63,769 nucleotides of DNA, filler included, from Octopus bimaculoides (GCF_001194135.2; 7 parts of 6 records of this genome joined end to end with filler, not necessarily neighbours in it); one strand, 5' to 3'; positions 39,522 through 53,269 are shown, counted from the first letter of the whole stretch. The notes: generated from the sequence alone by a model not told the origin. Numbers and translations: made by a program.

Positions 39522-40856
39522 ATGTTTTCACGATGTATTTGTAGTATATGCACTTGCGGAAAGCATCACTGTAAACTACGATCATCTATTTTCCCGTCTG
39601 GAGAGGCAAAAGGTAACTTAACAGAATACAGTTCAAAATATACCGAACATGAAGGAGATCAAGTTAAATCTTTCAAACCAAAACATCCTCCGATGCCCGA
39701 TGGAAAAATGGATGGTAAAACTATCCATAGTACTGATTTCCAACCGCATTGCATAGAGAAACCATGGAGACATATTCAAAAACCTTGGATAAAGCCTTCT
39801 GGACAAGTGGTAAACCTCACTTCTTACAAGAAAGATTATACACAAAAAGACGTTCCACTTACCGGTCTAATAAGACAGGTCAGTCGACCGATTCCCACTG
39901 GGAAATTCAGCGGAGATCCAACTTATAAAACAGATTATAAACAATGGGACCTTGGCCCCAAATTTCAGCATGTAGTGAAAACGTGGCAAAAACCAACGGA
40001 GAAAATGCTTGGTGAATCAACTTGCATGAGAGATTATATCTACAGAGAAGGAAAACCAGCGATCTGTTACAGGCAGAAAAATCCGGATCTGATAAAGGAA
40101 CCACTTTCTAATATGACAAATTATCGTGATATTTATGTAGAACATCCGTTACCTGCTATGTTTAAGAAAGAAACTAGTCAATACACGCGACCTGAAGTCC
40201 CGATAGATTCGTTAACTGTTACTATGAGAGACTACCAAGGACAGTCAGCAAGCCGCCCGCGAAACTATGGTCCCGATAAAACACCTTATAAAACTACAAC
40301 ACCTTTTGAAGACAGAACTACATTCAAAGATGATTATCTGGAATGGCCTACAACCAAACCAAAATTACATGAGCAACCGAAGTACAAAGAACCTGAAACT
40401 AAAATAGACTTTGTCACAAGTCACAATCAAGCCTATCGCAGGTTACCATTAGTACCCACCGAGATCTGCCGACCAAGAACTGTGAAACTATTTCCCGATG
40501 TATTTTCTGGAAATACTATTTACAAATCAGACTACAAGCCGTGGGAAATAACGCGTGGCCCTTTGAGAAAGGAAAATGCGTATGTAGCCAACGAGACTCC
40601 TTTTAAAGGTATTTCATCAACCAAAGCAGATTATGTACCATTCCCGCTTCAAAAAACTGAATGTTTCCGACGAGATGACTCATTAAAGACAGGAAATGAA
40701 CCATTTGATGATGGGACGCTGTACAGAAACGAGTACGTATACAAGGAACCGGTTTTATGCCCTGTTCCACTTTTAGGGACAAAAGATGCACCTTTACAGT
40801 TCGATAAAGTATTAGATTCGGGCCATGTATTTTACAAACCCATTTCTGCAGCGTAA
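39522..40856 (+). CDS. SAXO: Stabilizer of axonemal microtubules (SAXO/FAM154 family, MAP6-related), 444 aa, complete, single coding exon
   Basis: Uninterrupted ATG-to-TAA ORF. N-terminus MFSRCICSICTCGKHHC matches the SAXO1 CxCxxCxCGxHxC motif. About 12 repeats of F/M-x-G/D-x-T-x-Y-x-x-D-Y/F recur every ~33-35 aa (MDGKTIHSTDF, FSGDPTYKTDYKQW, FEDRTTFKDDYLEW, FSGNTIYKSDYKPW, FDDGTLYRNEY). C-terminus CP...FDKVLDSGHVFYKP resembles the SAXO1 ending. Confidence 0.9.
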   Translation: MFSRCICSICTCGKHHCKLRSSIFPSGEAKGNLTEYSSKYTEHEGDQVKSFKPKHPPMPDGKMDGKTIHSTDFQPHCIEKPWRHIQKPWIKPSGQVVNLTSYKKDYTQKDVPLTGLIRQVSRPIPTGKFSGDPTYKTDYKQWDLGPKFQHVVKTWQKPTEKMLGESTCMRDYIYREGKPAICYRQKNPDLIKEPLSNMTNYRDIYVEHPLPAMFKKETSQYTRPEVPIDSLTVTMRDYQGQSASRPRNYGPDKTPYKTTTPFEDRTTFKDDYLEWPTTKPKLHEQPKYKEPETKIDFVTSHNQAYRRLPLVPTEICRPRTVKLFPDVFSGNTIYKSDYKPWEITRGPLRKENAYVANETPFKGISSTKADYVPFPLQKTECFRRDDSLKTGNEPFDDGTLYRNEYVYKEPVLCPVPLLGTKDAPLQFDKVLDSGHVFYKPISAA

Positions 40857-42796
40857 GTTTATCACAGGAATACATTGAATTCGTTTTAGGAACATTTATT
40901 CGTACGATTAATTTATCTGATTTCATTGACATTAGAGAATTCTTACTTTGATACTTATAGTAATTTTTACTTAATCTCACATAAATCCCATGTATAAAAT
41001 ATGCATATTAAAAAGTATCAACTGTTTGATTTTCTTTCCATCCTTAGCTTCCACATATTTTAACAGCCATATACTTCGAATGTTCGAAATATTGTTGCAA
41101 TAATCTTTTCATGAAAGAGATGTAATGTCATAGTTTCGTGGATGGAAAAATTAAAATGTACTAGCTTCCTGCCTTTTCCGAGGATATTACAGATATAACG
41201 TAGGCAGTGCAACGATATACGAAAACTGAGGCAAAATACAAATGACCACTGTTACTTTCCGACTTTTAATCAATGTTAAAAGGTTTGCATACATTTATAT
41301 GGTAGGTTGAAGGTGACGATATTTGTTTATGACTACTCTCTAAGATCAAATCACGTTGAGGTCATTTTAGTCGTTCATCGTTTCGAAGGCGATAAGAATT
41401 ACCAATCTCGCGTGATGGGTCAGTGATCACTGGATCAAATTCCGCTCAGAGGCGTAAAAATATTTTCCCCACCCCGCAGGCCTAACATACGAGTAAGGCA
41501 AATGCCTAAACCAAGACTAACACCACGTACAGGGTGCTGGGTGAAATTATGAGTGCGGTTCCTCCAGTTGTAGAGACCTGTGCGTTGGTGAATAGAGGAA
41601 TAACAGTCTGAATACAATTATATCCTCATGAAAACTTAAGGAAAGTAGATTCCTGATGTCTAAACTGAGATTAAAAATGCGGGGATGAAGAATCTACAAA
41701 AGTACGAGTTAGTTATAGGCAATTAGTGGTCTACCTGATGTATATATGATAGAAGACAATAGGAACAATAAGTTTCAAGGTATCAAAGCTTAGCGAATTT
41801 CCTGGCTCTGCAGTAAACACTATTCCAAATCCTCCTCTCCAGAAATTGGTCCTCTAGAATCTCATCTATTCTGGTTCTTTCCAATAAGTGTTGATCTGTA
41901 ACACTTTCGACAGACCTTACCGACATCAACTCTCTGGCCTAGAGAGCTTGCAAAGATTATTGCCATTGCTTCTACTTCTAAACTCAGCAAGTAAATTAAA
42001 ATGACCCTAAAACGCTGCACAAACATTACGCTCAGACTTTCCATATCCAGAATATAACCCCTTTCAACATAACATCCTGAACACATCTTCCTATAGCCGT
42101 CGACTTAAAACTAGTCAAGAATAACATTAATTACATCCAATTTACTGGACTTGGAGAGCCTGCCAATGCCATGGACACATAATCTCTTTCTAAACCAAAA
42201 TATTAAAAGATAAATTTAAAATTAACAAACTTTAAAAGCATATTCTAATAGAAAATGAGCTATGCAACGGGGTATTCTAAGTGCGAGGCATTTAGTGCCA
42301 TGAAGTTTAGTGTTTTAAGTGATTTTTAGCAAAGGAAATATTTAATAACAATAATGTAAGTTAGATAAAGTTTATTAACTGCACAGAACCAACGCTTATC
42401 GCAGGGAATTTTATTTCAGTTGACTTACGGCAAGAATTGGATGATCACGACTGAAAGTGATTTGGCCGTGGAGATAACACACTGCTTCTTTGCCTCGTAT
42501 AGCTAAAACCTTCTTTTATCATATATTTTTTGATTATTTATTTGGATGAATAAAGACTAAAATGAATATTTTATTAATGGATGAAGATATATATATGTAC
42601 ATATATATATAATGGAGATTCATCTTTCTGACAAAGAACTCATCCGAAAGATGTTGATATTACTAACGTTATGAGTATCTATCCTCCATAGCCTCGGGTT
42701 GAACGATAATTTATGCGTGCAACTCGATATTAGGAAAATTTTCAGAAGCTTTACACACATACACACGCACAAACACACATACACACACAAACACAA

Positions 42797-42830
<34 letters not shown>

Positions 42831-43413
42831 ACACACATACACACACACANNNNNNNNNNNNNNNNNNNNNNNNNNNNNNNNNNNNNNNNNNNNNNNNNNN
42901 NNNNNNNNNNNNNNNNNNNNNNNNNNNNNNNNNNNNNNNNNNNNNNNNNNNNNNNNNNNNNNNNNNNNNNNNNNNNNNNNNNNNNNNNNNNNNNNNNNNN
43001 NNNNNNNNNNNNNNNNNNNNNNNNNNNNNNNNNNNNNNNNNNNNNNNNNNNNNNNNNNNNNNNNNNNNNNNNNNNNNNNNNNNNNNNNNNNNNNNNNNNN
43101 NNNNNNNNNNNNNNNNNNNNNNNNNNNNNNNNNNNNNNNNNNNNNNNNNNNNNNNNNNNNNNNNNNNNNNNNNNNNNNNNNNNNNNNNNNNNNNNNNNNN
43201 NNNNNNNNNNNNNNNNNNNNNNNNNNNNNNNNNNNNNNNNNNNNNNNNNNNNNNNNNNNNNNNNNNNNNNNNNNNNNNNNNNNNNNNNNNNNNNNNNNNN
43301 NNNNNNNNNNNNNNNNNNNNNNNNNNNNNNNNNNNNNNNNNNNNNNNNNNNNNNNNNNNNNNNNNNNNNNNNNNNNNNNNNNNNNNNNNNNNNNNNNNNN
43401 NNNNNNNNNNNNN

Positions 43414-43447
<34 letters not shown>

Positions 43448-45642
43448 CATATATATGTATGTATATGTATACGTATGTATGTATAGATATGTATGTGTAC
43501 ATATATAGACAAAGAGTGAGAAGGTGGGGATAGGGGTGGAGAGGGAAAGAATTGCCTGAGTGAGGAGGGTTAAAGAGTTAGTCGTGATAGTTTTGCTTGC
43601 CATTCGCAGCAATATGTTAAAACCGATTTAGATAAAACGACAAAAACCAAAGCATTAAGCGGCAGGAAAATGTTTAATTTCATTTTAATAGCATTTCTTT
43701 CATAAAACAGGACACTATATTATCCGGATGTAAAATTTACTATGTATATTAATTTTACAAATTTGGGTAATTGAAAGTACTTGTGAGACATTGAGTAAAA
43801 TACTTCAATGCCCCACGTGTCCTTTCAGTTTCCCAATCTGAAGTTCAAATTTATAAAATTAATATACATCGTACTCGATAACAGTTACTTTTAGTTTTCA
43901 GATATTGAGTTTGCATTTGTACAATTATTTCAAGGCAAGGAACAAGCATAAGAGTGACAGGTTGAAATATTCGCGCTTTTTTTCCAACTTCTTTCTCTCT
44001 GAGTTTGATTACTACCAACGTCATCTGTTCTTTTTCTTCTGGGGCATGAGCGATAAATACCAGACTCGCTGAATCGTTTAAGCGTCAGACAAGGTACACT
44101 GCAGTGTTTGTTCCATCACGTTGTGCTCTCTGTTCAATTCTCATGCTATCCTATTTTAGTAGTAGACTTGAATCGTCATCCGGTTGACCATCACTGCTCA
44201 AACTTCAGACGCTTTTTATGCAGATTGGAACCAGTCTTTCTTCTGAAGGAGCAGCAAAAAAGTTGTATTTACGTCTTTTTTACAAATGTTTAGCCTTGCT
44301 ATTGTCACAAGTAGACATAGACAAGGATGAACCCTCTCATCCTTGATACAGCGCAAAGACGAGGATATGACAACTGCGCCAGCACATGGTTCTAATTCGT
44401 TATCAGGCGAATGGAGCAGTGTGATATATCTTTTCAAAATTGCATTTTAGTTACTGTATAATGTCGACCATAGCCTAGCCAACATTGAAACGATTATGTG
44501 GCCCTTCGACCTACTAAAAATATAATTTCATTTGTCTCAAGTCGTACTCAAAGTCATTTGATAATGAAATATATAAAAAGACACTTTCGAGAAAGAAAGA
44601 ATAGTTTTTATAGGGGACAAGAAGTTACGTTTTAGAACATTCGAGAAAACCAAATCACGGCACAGCTTAACGCTGATTGGTAGACTTATAGATCAATCAC
44701 ATGAAACTATGGTGGATCACTCATAGTACTCGGCCGAGTATCTAGCGGTTAGGATTCAAATCCCTGCTACAATATGAAATATGAAATGCCGTTGCAAGTT
44801 GTGATTCAGCATTATCAAGGACTGGGTTGTCGATAAATCAAATAGAAAGACAGAGAATATACAAAGCCACTAGTAAGTTATTAGATCTGATTCGGCTTGG
44901 TGTGAGATACCTTTTCCAACGAAACTCAAATCAGTTCTAGTTCATATAGAAATTTCACTTTGAACAATTGCTTTAGATTTCTTTATTACTTTGACAAATG
45001 CGATTTAAAACAGAACGGAAATGTGTGAACGTCTGACAAGGTATGGCAGAATCGTCTTTACAAAACTTTAAATGACTTTCAATTGAAATCCATCGTATCA
45101 GTAACATTACTAATGTCACTAAAATATCAATCGTTAATTCCCAATTTAACATCAAATTATGATAGCAATTATCAACATATAACATCAATTATGTAAGGTG
45201 AGCAATCACTGATATCAAAACCTTTTATATTAGAAACAAAACAAGATACGAAATGACTGTGAGTGTAACTGTTTTATTCCATTCTACGTCGTCTAGTAGT
45301 TAAAGAATTGTTACAGGAACAATAGCGGTTAGAATTATTGAAAATGATCATATTCGCAAATTTCTAAATCTGAAACAATCCATTTTACTTGACATGGTAC
45401 AGATAACACGTGAAAAGGTCACTTAGCAGTATATAATGGAGAGGGGATATTTCAGTATAAGACAATTATTTAATTATGCATCGCGTGATAGATTTACTTA
45501 AAGGTTTCATACTGGTTATGGTTCTATATTTCCCATATAATAGTGATAATGATATGGGGTCATCAAACATAAATGAACTCAAGAATTAATAAGAAATTTG
45601 AAGTGGTTTGCCATGTTCGTATACATTATACAACATATACAT

Positions 45643-45643
45643 T

Positions 45644-45726
<83 letters not shown>
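45643..45726 (+). repeat. (GATA)n microsatellite
   Basis: Direct inspection. Confidence 0.95.
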
Positions 45727-45728
<2 letters not shown>

Positions 45729-45875
45729 TTGTCGATGAATTCATTCATCTTTCTGTGAATATATGTATGTATATATGCAGTTAAAACGTAAGCAGGTCCA
45801 CAAGAGAATGGTGTGAATAACATTAATAGAATTATAGACTGGAATATCTCCCTTCTCTTGAGTATTATTCATACA

Positions 45876-45945
<70 letters not shown>

Positions 45946-45982
45946 TTGTATGCATGTATGCATGTACATATGTATATACGTA

Positions 45983-46048
<66 letters not shown>

Positions 46049-46533
46049 TACATATATATACACACATACACACACACACATATACATTTATGTTTGTGTC
46101 TGTGCATATATATTCTTTGTGTGTGCGCACCTGTGTAATATATAATAAGCTTTTAATATCGTTCTTTCATTGAGTGTGCAGTGCTTGAAAATTCCTTGCA
46201 TTTCATTTTTTCATCCATTTGGTTTGCTGGAATTACAACCGATGAACTAAATGCATGGCACTTGCTTAAGAACTTTCCAGCCTATCACCGTCGTGTTTTA
46301 CTGTGGCAATAGGTGGGATTTGAACTCAGAACACATAACTGAAACAGTCATTACTCGCTGCTTTAACATCTCTGCAACTGATCAGGAAAAAGTTAAGGAT
46401 AATCTAGACTTAAGTAGAATTCAAACCTAATACCGCCAGGCTTTCCATGCGACGCTCTAATGACACTACTTGACATGGACGACTGCATCCATGTAATTCA
46501 ACACCATATGCATGAAAGCATATACATATACAT

Positions 46534-46812
46534 GGGAATGCGCGTGGCTTAGTGGTCAGGGTATTCGGCTCAAAATCGTAAAGTCGTAAGTTCAATTCCC
46601 GCCGATGCGTTGTGTCTTTGAGTCAGACATGTTATTTCACGTTGCTCCTGTCCACTCAGTTGCCAAAAATGAGTCGTACCTGCATTTCAAAGGGCCAGCT
46701 TTGTCACACTCTGCGTCACGCTGAATCTCCCTGAGGACTACGTTCTTTTCACGAGCAGGTGGTTCTGTTGATCGGATCAACTGGAGCTCTCATCGTCACA
46801 ACCGACGGAATG
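46534..46812 (+). mobile_element. tRNA-derived SINE family C
   Basis: GCGTGGCTTAGTGG (A box), AGTTCAATTCCC (B box), GTTGTGTCTTTGAGTCAGACA core. Confidence 0.8.
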
Positions 46813-46837
46813 CACGTATACATGGACACACACACAA

Positions 46838-46995
46838 ATGTAGCTGTGTGATAAGTAGCTTGCTTACCAACCACATGGTTCCGGGTTCAGTAACACTGCG
46901 TGGATCTTTGGGCATGTGTTTTCTACTATAGCCGCGGGCCGGCCAAAGCCTTGTCAGTGGATTTGGTAGACGGAAACAAAGAAACCTGCCGTATT
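46838..46995 (+). mobile_element. SINE family B head running into a gap
   Basis: gctgtgtgataagtagcttgcttaccaaccacatggttccgggttcag. Confidence 0.85.
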
Positions 46996-47647
46996 NNNNN
47001 NNNNNNNNNNNNNNNNNNNNNNNNNNNNNNNNNNNNNNNNNNNNNNNNNNNNNNNNNNNNNNNNNNNNNNNNNNNNNNNNNNNNNNNNNNNNNNNNNNNN
47101 NNNNNNNNNNNNNNNNNNNNNNNNNNNNNNNNNNNNNNNNNNNNNNNNNNNNNNNNNNNNNNNNNNNNNNNNNNNNNNNNNNNNNNNNNNNNNNNNNNNN
47201 NGCATGCTGAAAATCGCCCAATTTCCAAAACCAACGCTGGCAAAAACATAACCTCCTTGGCGGTATTTAAAAAAATAAGGGCCATATTATTTTTTTTAAA
47301 AAACCTTTAAAAACAGGAATCAGCTGAAGCAATTATAATACATCAATGACAACAGCAAGCTAGTTTCACAGCGGCGGTGGAGAGAGCAAATCCTGAGATT
47401 TTTGAGTCGATCCCAATAGTCAAGGCTTGTCATCCTCCACAGACCTCCCCCAAGCAGCTCATTTTAAGATAAATACGCGAGTAAAATTACTAATAGAGAA
47501 ACGAAAATAAACTTTGGAAACAGCAAGGCCACCATAGGTTAAGTAGAAACGATGAATGTGTTTTCAAGGGAGATAATCAAAGGATGTAACATTGTATTAA
47601 TGAAAACTCCTACAAGAATCCATAAAAATTTCCGGATCACCACCGAG

Positions 47648-47649
<2 letters not shown>

Positions 47650-47679
<30 letters not shown>

Positions 47680-47820
47680 AAGAAGAAGAAGAAGAAGAAG
47701 AAGAAGAAGAAGAAGAAGAAGAAGAAGAAGAAGAAGAAGAAGAAGAAGAAGAAGAAGAAGAAGAAGAAGAAGAAGAAGAAGAAGAAGAAGAAGAAGAAGA
47801 AGAAGAAGAAGAAGAAGAAG
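47650..47820 (+). repeat. (AAG)57 perfect microsatellite
   Basis: Direct inspection. Confidence 0.98.
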
Positions 47821-48127
47821 GATAGTAATGATGATCACTATGATGTTGATGTTGATCATGATATCTTTGCCTCAAGAGTGACAATGGATTAGAGAATTTG
47901 TAAGAAATTACAAAACAATTTTCAGTTTAATTATGATAGGAAGACAACAGATGGAATCAATCAAGAAAATGATAAAGCTATATACAAAAGCGACACGGAT
48001 GCGCAAACACCTACACACAAGAACACATAAGTAAATTCTTGCACACGTGAATAAACAAACATAAACGAATATACATAGTATACACAAATATATACATATA
48101 TACATATATGTGTGTGTGTATATATAT

Positions 48128-48206
48128 GAAATTCTGGGGTCGATGCAATCCTTCCCTTAAAACTTCAGGCCCTGTACCTATAATATAAAGGATGGATGGA
48201 TGGATG

Positions 48207-48281
<75 letters not shown>

Positions 48282-48435
48282 TATTTCGCCCGTCGATACG
48301 TTCTGAGTTCAAATTCTGCCGAATCGACTTTGCCTTTCATCCTCTCGGGGTCAATAAATTAAGTACCAGTGAAATTCTGGGGTCGATGTAATCCGTCCCT
48401 TAAAACTTCAGGCCTTGTACCTATAATATAAAGGC
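48128..48435 (+). mobile_element. SINE family A fragments in a ~243-bp tandem duplication
   Basis: gaaattctggggtcgatg..cttaaaacttcaggcc.tgtacctataatataaagg at 48128 and 48371, each followed by (GGAT)n/(GATA)n. Confidence 0.75.
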
Positions 48436-48476
48436 TGGATGGATGGATGGAGGGATGGTTGGAGGGATAGAAATAC

Positions 48477-48526
<50 letters not shown>

Positions 48527-48789
48527 TAAATAGTTAACTTAGCGAATGACAGTTTGCTGAACTTTGTTGCTGGATAATTAGTTACTGCTGATTTTATGCG
48601 TTTCCACATTTAATTATTCCTCCTTAATCTAGCTGTTTGTTTTTTATCATTTCGATAACCCAGTAGACAGGCACAATATTTTTCAGAGAAAAAGTACATG
48701 TGTTTTCATGCGTTTTATCCGCTAAAATTTCCGTTGATATAATTCCTCCACATGTTAATCTGTATTACAATACAGCACTGAAGATGTGA

Positions 48790-48930
48790 AGTTTGTAGGA
48801 ATGCTCCATAATAATCCTTTGATGAATTTGTCGTTATGAATTGTCGAGCCAATGTATCTTGCCCCGCACGTACAACTGAGTTTCTGATCAACGTTAGCTT
48901 TCAAACACATCTTCTGAACGCTCTCTGACA
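48790..48930 (-). mobile_element. Penelope-like element GIY-YIG endonuclease fragment
   Basis: KANVDQKLSCTCGARYIGST (VY.F.C.CG..YIG.T motif). Confidence 0.65.
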
Positions 48931-49220
48931 TCACAGGACGTTGTCTAAGAGAACATAATTTTTGTTTGTGTACGTGAGCGCGTGGTGCGTGTGTGTGTAT
49001 GTGTGTGTGTGTGTCTGTTTCTGTGTGCGTGTGTCGTTGCTGGTGGTGGTGGTGGTGGTGGTGGCTGAGCTGGTGGTTTCGAATCTTCTGCTCTATGGCT
49101 GATCGACATAGACTATTTTTTTTATCACTATTAAATTCTTTTCTCTCTTTCTCCCACAATGTTCTTTACTTTAACTCTGACACTTTTATTGCCTGAATGT
49201 TTTCATTATTTGTCTGGTTA

Positions 49221-49438
49221 AAGGCGGCAAGCTGGCAGAATCATTAGCACGCTGGACGAAATGTTTAGCCCTATTTCGTCCGTCGATACGTTTTGAGTTC
49301 AAATTCCGCCGAGGTCGACTTTGCCTTTCATCCTTTCGGAGCCAATAAATTAAGTACCAATGAAACACTGGAGTCGATGTAATCGATTAGCCCCTCCCCC
49401 AAAATTCCAGGCCTTGTGCCTATAGCAGAAAGGAATAT
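49221..49438 (+). mobile_element. SINE family A, full length, with TSD
   Basis: Same head; 12-bp TSD TTTGTCTGGTTA at 49209-49220 and 49439-49450. Confidence 0.9.
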
Positions 49439-49464
49439 TTTGTCTGGTTAGTACAATCGTAAGA

Positions 49465-49765
49465 TTATGAATTCGGTTTGCTTCCTGGACCGGGTTGTAA
49501 GTGGTGTTGCTGAGGAAGACACTTTATTTCACATTGCTCTAGTTCAGTCAGCTGTTGAAATGAGTTGCAACGTTACTGGCACCAAGCTACATTGGTCTTT
49601 GTCTTTCCCTTGGATAACATCGGTGGCGTAGAGAGAGGAGGCTGGTATGCATGGGCAGTTGATGGTCTTCTCCCAAATAACTCTGCTCGGACTTGTACCT
49701 CGTAGGACACGTTTCTAATCAACAATCCTATGGTCATCTATGACCGAAGGGGATCTTTACTCTTT
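49465..49765 (+). mobile_element. SINE family C variant
   Basis: gaggaagacactttatttcacattgctc..ggctggtatgcatggg..atgaccgaaggg. Confidence 0.6.
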
Positions 49766-51787
49766 AACTTTAGCCAGGATCAAGTTATCTGTGAGCCCTG
49801 CTATCTTTATCATTGTAAGCATCGTTCTGGTTAACATCATTGGAAAACGTACAGTAAAACGCATGCATCTGTCTGTCCCTCTAGGGCACACACTACATTA
49901 GTCAATCATTCAACAGAGTGTTATCCTTAGTCTCAGGCGGACACTTATCTTTCCGAAGTTTATCCGTGCAGGCTCTTCTCGCGTGACTTCGTCGCAACTA
50001 TTAATATGGCGATGAGATCATTCATTTCTACGTGGTGGTTTAATCTTTGCAGGTATTAGAAATCCAAGCAGAGAAAGCGAGAGACACGGTGATATCGAGC
50101 GGACGTTAGAGAGATATCCGTCGTAGGGTGCTGCAGGTCAAATTTGATGATACTGTGGAAGGTGTTATCTTCGTCTCCTCATCTTCGGAACGGATGGACA
50201 CCAACGTCTACGATAGAGTATGATGCACCTCTCAAAGCGAATACTCTGCGTTCCATGTCTTCCAATGTTAGGACTTCATCTTTCTGTTTCTGCCGGACAC
50301 TTATCTTTACGCTGTTACATGTATTTTTCCAAATGCTTGTGAACACACCTGTAAATATGGTTACACATCAAAGCCCTGATCAGCGTAATTGCTCATATTG
50401 TATGTTACAGTGATTTGGCATGTTTTGATGAATATAAGGGTGCTGGTCAGCATGTAGGGGCTGTTGATGGTGTAGAACTCTAAAAGGGATCCAAGATTTG
50501 GTGGCAAGAAGTCTGTCGCAAGTTTCAATTGTCTCTTCAGGAGTACTTCGGTTGTTTACATGGCTTCTGTTAAGCGTATACTGCAGTACCTGAGGGTGTA
50601 GCTGTTATCTGCTGATATCTCTTTTAGGCGGCTGTAGACTGTTCGATCGATATGTTTAAAAACCAGCGAGCGTTGTCTACATATATAAGTGTACATTGCA
50701 TAGCAGGATAGATAGAATCTACAAAACGATAAATTCATTTTGGAGTCTCGGAGTATTTCTACAAAGCAATGCAGCTATGTACAGTGTACCAAGAAAGACC
50801 AGTATGTGGAGAAATATTGCAGGAGATCTTAGTGCAAAACAAATGTGCAGTAAACTTTCGTTATATCCGGAACGCTGTTTATTTATAGAGCAATTCAATT
50901 GCAGCTCATAGCTGAACATGTTATGAGCTAGACGCATGCAGGCACATGAGCTACGTCTTCGAACAGTAACAGTAAATGGCTACTCGGTTATCAATACACT
51001 AACAAACACACAAACGGCATGTCTGAAGTTGGATGTTTAAATACGAAATCGCTCGCCAATCACCAGTTATTCACCGACAAACGGATCTCTGTCTAGAATA
51101 ATTAGTTAGTTTATTTAATTTAATTTTTTAACACTCTGTCTACCAATCTACCAATTTATCTATCAGTTTTAATTTCTTTTTTTTTTATCGTCGCTGTCTG
51201 TCTATTTATCTGTCTTCCGAGATCCGTCTTTTGAAATATTTGTCTCTTCAGCTGTCTGTGTGATTAAGTGTCAACAAAATTCTATATCGTCAGTTATAGA
51301 ATTGTGATATCGTTTATATGATACCAGTTTCTCATATTGCGATAAACTACAAAAACATATTAAACTACAAAAACATCACAAAAAATATTGTTTGATATAC
51401 ACAGACACGTTCTATATATGTGTGTATGAGTGATACATAAATATATGTATAAATCTGTATGTCTGATACAAATACGTACGTACGTATGTACGTATGTATG
51501 TACGGATGTATGTATGTATGTATAAATGTGTTTTAATCATTTAAAAAGTAGGCTACAGCTTAAAAAATATATTCGATCATCAAACAGATTCAACTAATTT
51601 TTAACTGTACAGAGGCATCACAGTTTCCCTGTTTTCGAAGACCCCACAAACCCAACATCACCAATGTCCTATTAACAACACCTCATATTATCAGTAAAAA
51701 TACCAAATATGAAGCAAATATCACCTCACCCATTCTAGAATAATAACAGTTCAATGATAAATCGGTTTAATTCCGTCCATTATAAGA

Positions 51788-52020
51788 GTGATTACTACTT
51801 TTGATATAAAAGAATATTACACATCAATAACACTCATTTTTGCTGCACCCATAAATTTCACTGAATCCATTACATCATCAACGCCTCTGAAATTATTATC
51901 TTACAACACCAAGAAAATCAATTCTATTCTACAAAGATTACACAGTGGATTAAAAAGTAAAATATCGTACGTTGTTGACGTAAGCATAGGCCCATAGGAT
52001 TCTGTTAGGCTGCTAGTATA
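51788..52020 (+). mobile_element. Penelope-like element RT fragment
   Basis: TFDIKEYYTSI..RKSILFYK..WIKK..VDVSIGP*DS (FDI.EFYPSI..RKS.LF..W.KK..FDV.MG.YD). Confidence 0.7.
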
Positions 52021-52307
52021 AACCGTCTCAGAGAAAACCTAAAAACTGTTTCATGCTGGAAGAATGTGGCTCTGTCTTAGCCACCAACATTCGATTTACT
52101 CATGGACACTTTCGTGATTAAACAATGCCAGTAAGATGATGTAGAAAACATGGCAACGATAAGTTATCAGTAAGTTATCAGTCGAATACTTTGATTAAAG
52201 CAATGTAGTGCTCATTCATATGTAAGTGGATGAGTTAGCCTTACTTATTTAGTTCAATCATATCGCTTTTACATCATATATGTATGTATGCATGTATGTA
52301 TGCATGG

Positions 52308-52473
52308 TTATCTTTTACTTGTTTTCTGTGAGTGGACTGCGGCTACAGTGGGGCACTATCAATTCGCATTTATTTTTAAAGTCTGGTGATTAGTTTATGG
52401 CTCTCTTTTGTCCAACAATTAAATTATGGGGACGTAAACAAGCCGACAACCAGTGTCAAGCAGTGGTGGAGAG
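52308..52473 (-). mobile_element. SINE family B tail followed by (CA)n
   Basis: tcttttacttgtttt..gactgcggctaca..tatggggacgtaaacaagccgacaacc. Confidence 0.7.
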
Positions 52474-52475
52474 AA

Positions 52476-52527
<52 letters not shown>

Positions 52528-52601
52528 NNNNNNNNNNNNNNNNNNNNNNNNNNNNNNNNNNNNNNNNNNNNNNNNNNNNNNNNNNNNNNNNNNNNNNNNN
52601 N

Positions 52602-52652
<51 letters not shown>

Positions 52653-53209
52653 CTGGGTATAAATAACGGGCGTTACACGTTCTTTTATTGTAGCATATCG
52701 GACTTACAGCCATTTTCGATAATTATTAGGAGTTCGTTCATTGATCGCTTTACTTAATCGGTACATTGATTGGTTTAGAAAAATTGAACGACCTCAAAGA
52801 ATCAATGTCACTCTCACCGGAGTCGTAGTCGTAGTATCTATGCTATCCTCATCCGGGTACTACGACTGCGATGAGGATTGCATTAGTTCTTTAAGGACGT
52901 TCAAGTTTCCTGAACCGATCAATTGGCAGATAGTGAAAACCAGAAATATGTGTAAGTTGGATTTACTCCACTTAAAGAACATATCATGACCATTATTTAT
53001 ATCTTGTCTTGTATACCACTCTGAGTAGAAGACCAGTCTAACTCGGAATACAACCTTGGTTTTGTTATATAGAACGGTGGACCCTGCCACGAACATACTC
53101 AGTTCTTTACTTAACTAAAAAATCTTGTTAATCTTGTATATTTATATTAAGAGCTTATAATTTTACTTGGATTGACAATCCCTCATCCGTAACTCACTCA
53201 CTCATTCAC

Positions 53210-53269
<60 letters not shown>

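Noticed and set aside
41830-42180. Possible CR1 inter-domain relic
   Set aside because: Only a weak NPK..Y-like resemblance.
47539-47884. Poly-Arg, Leu and Ser ORFs
   Set aside because: Artefacts of (AAG)57.
50100-50700. Possible LINE ORF1 zinc-knuckle relic on the minus strand
   Set aside because: Only vague C/H spacing across several frameshifts; not supportable without BLASTx.
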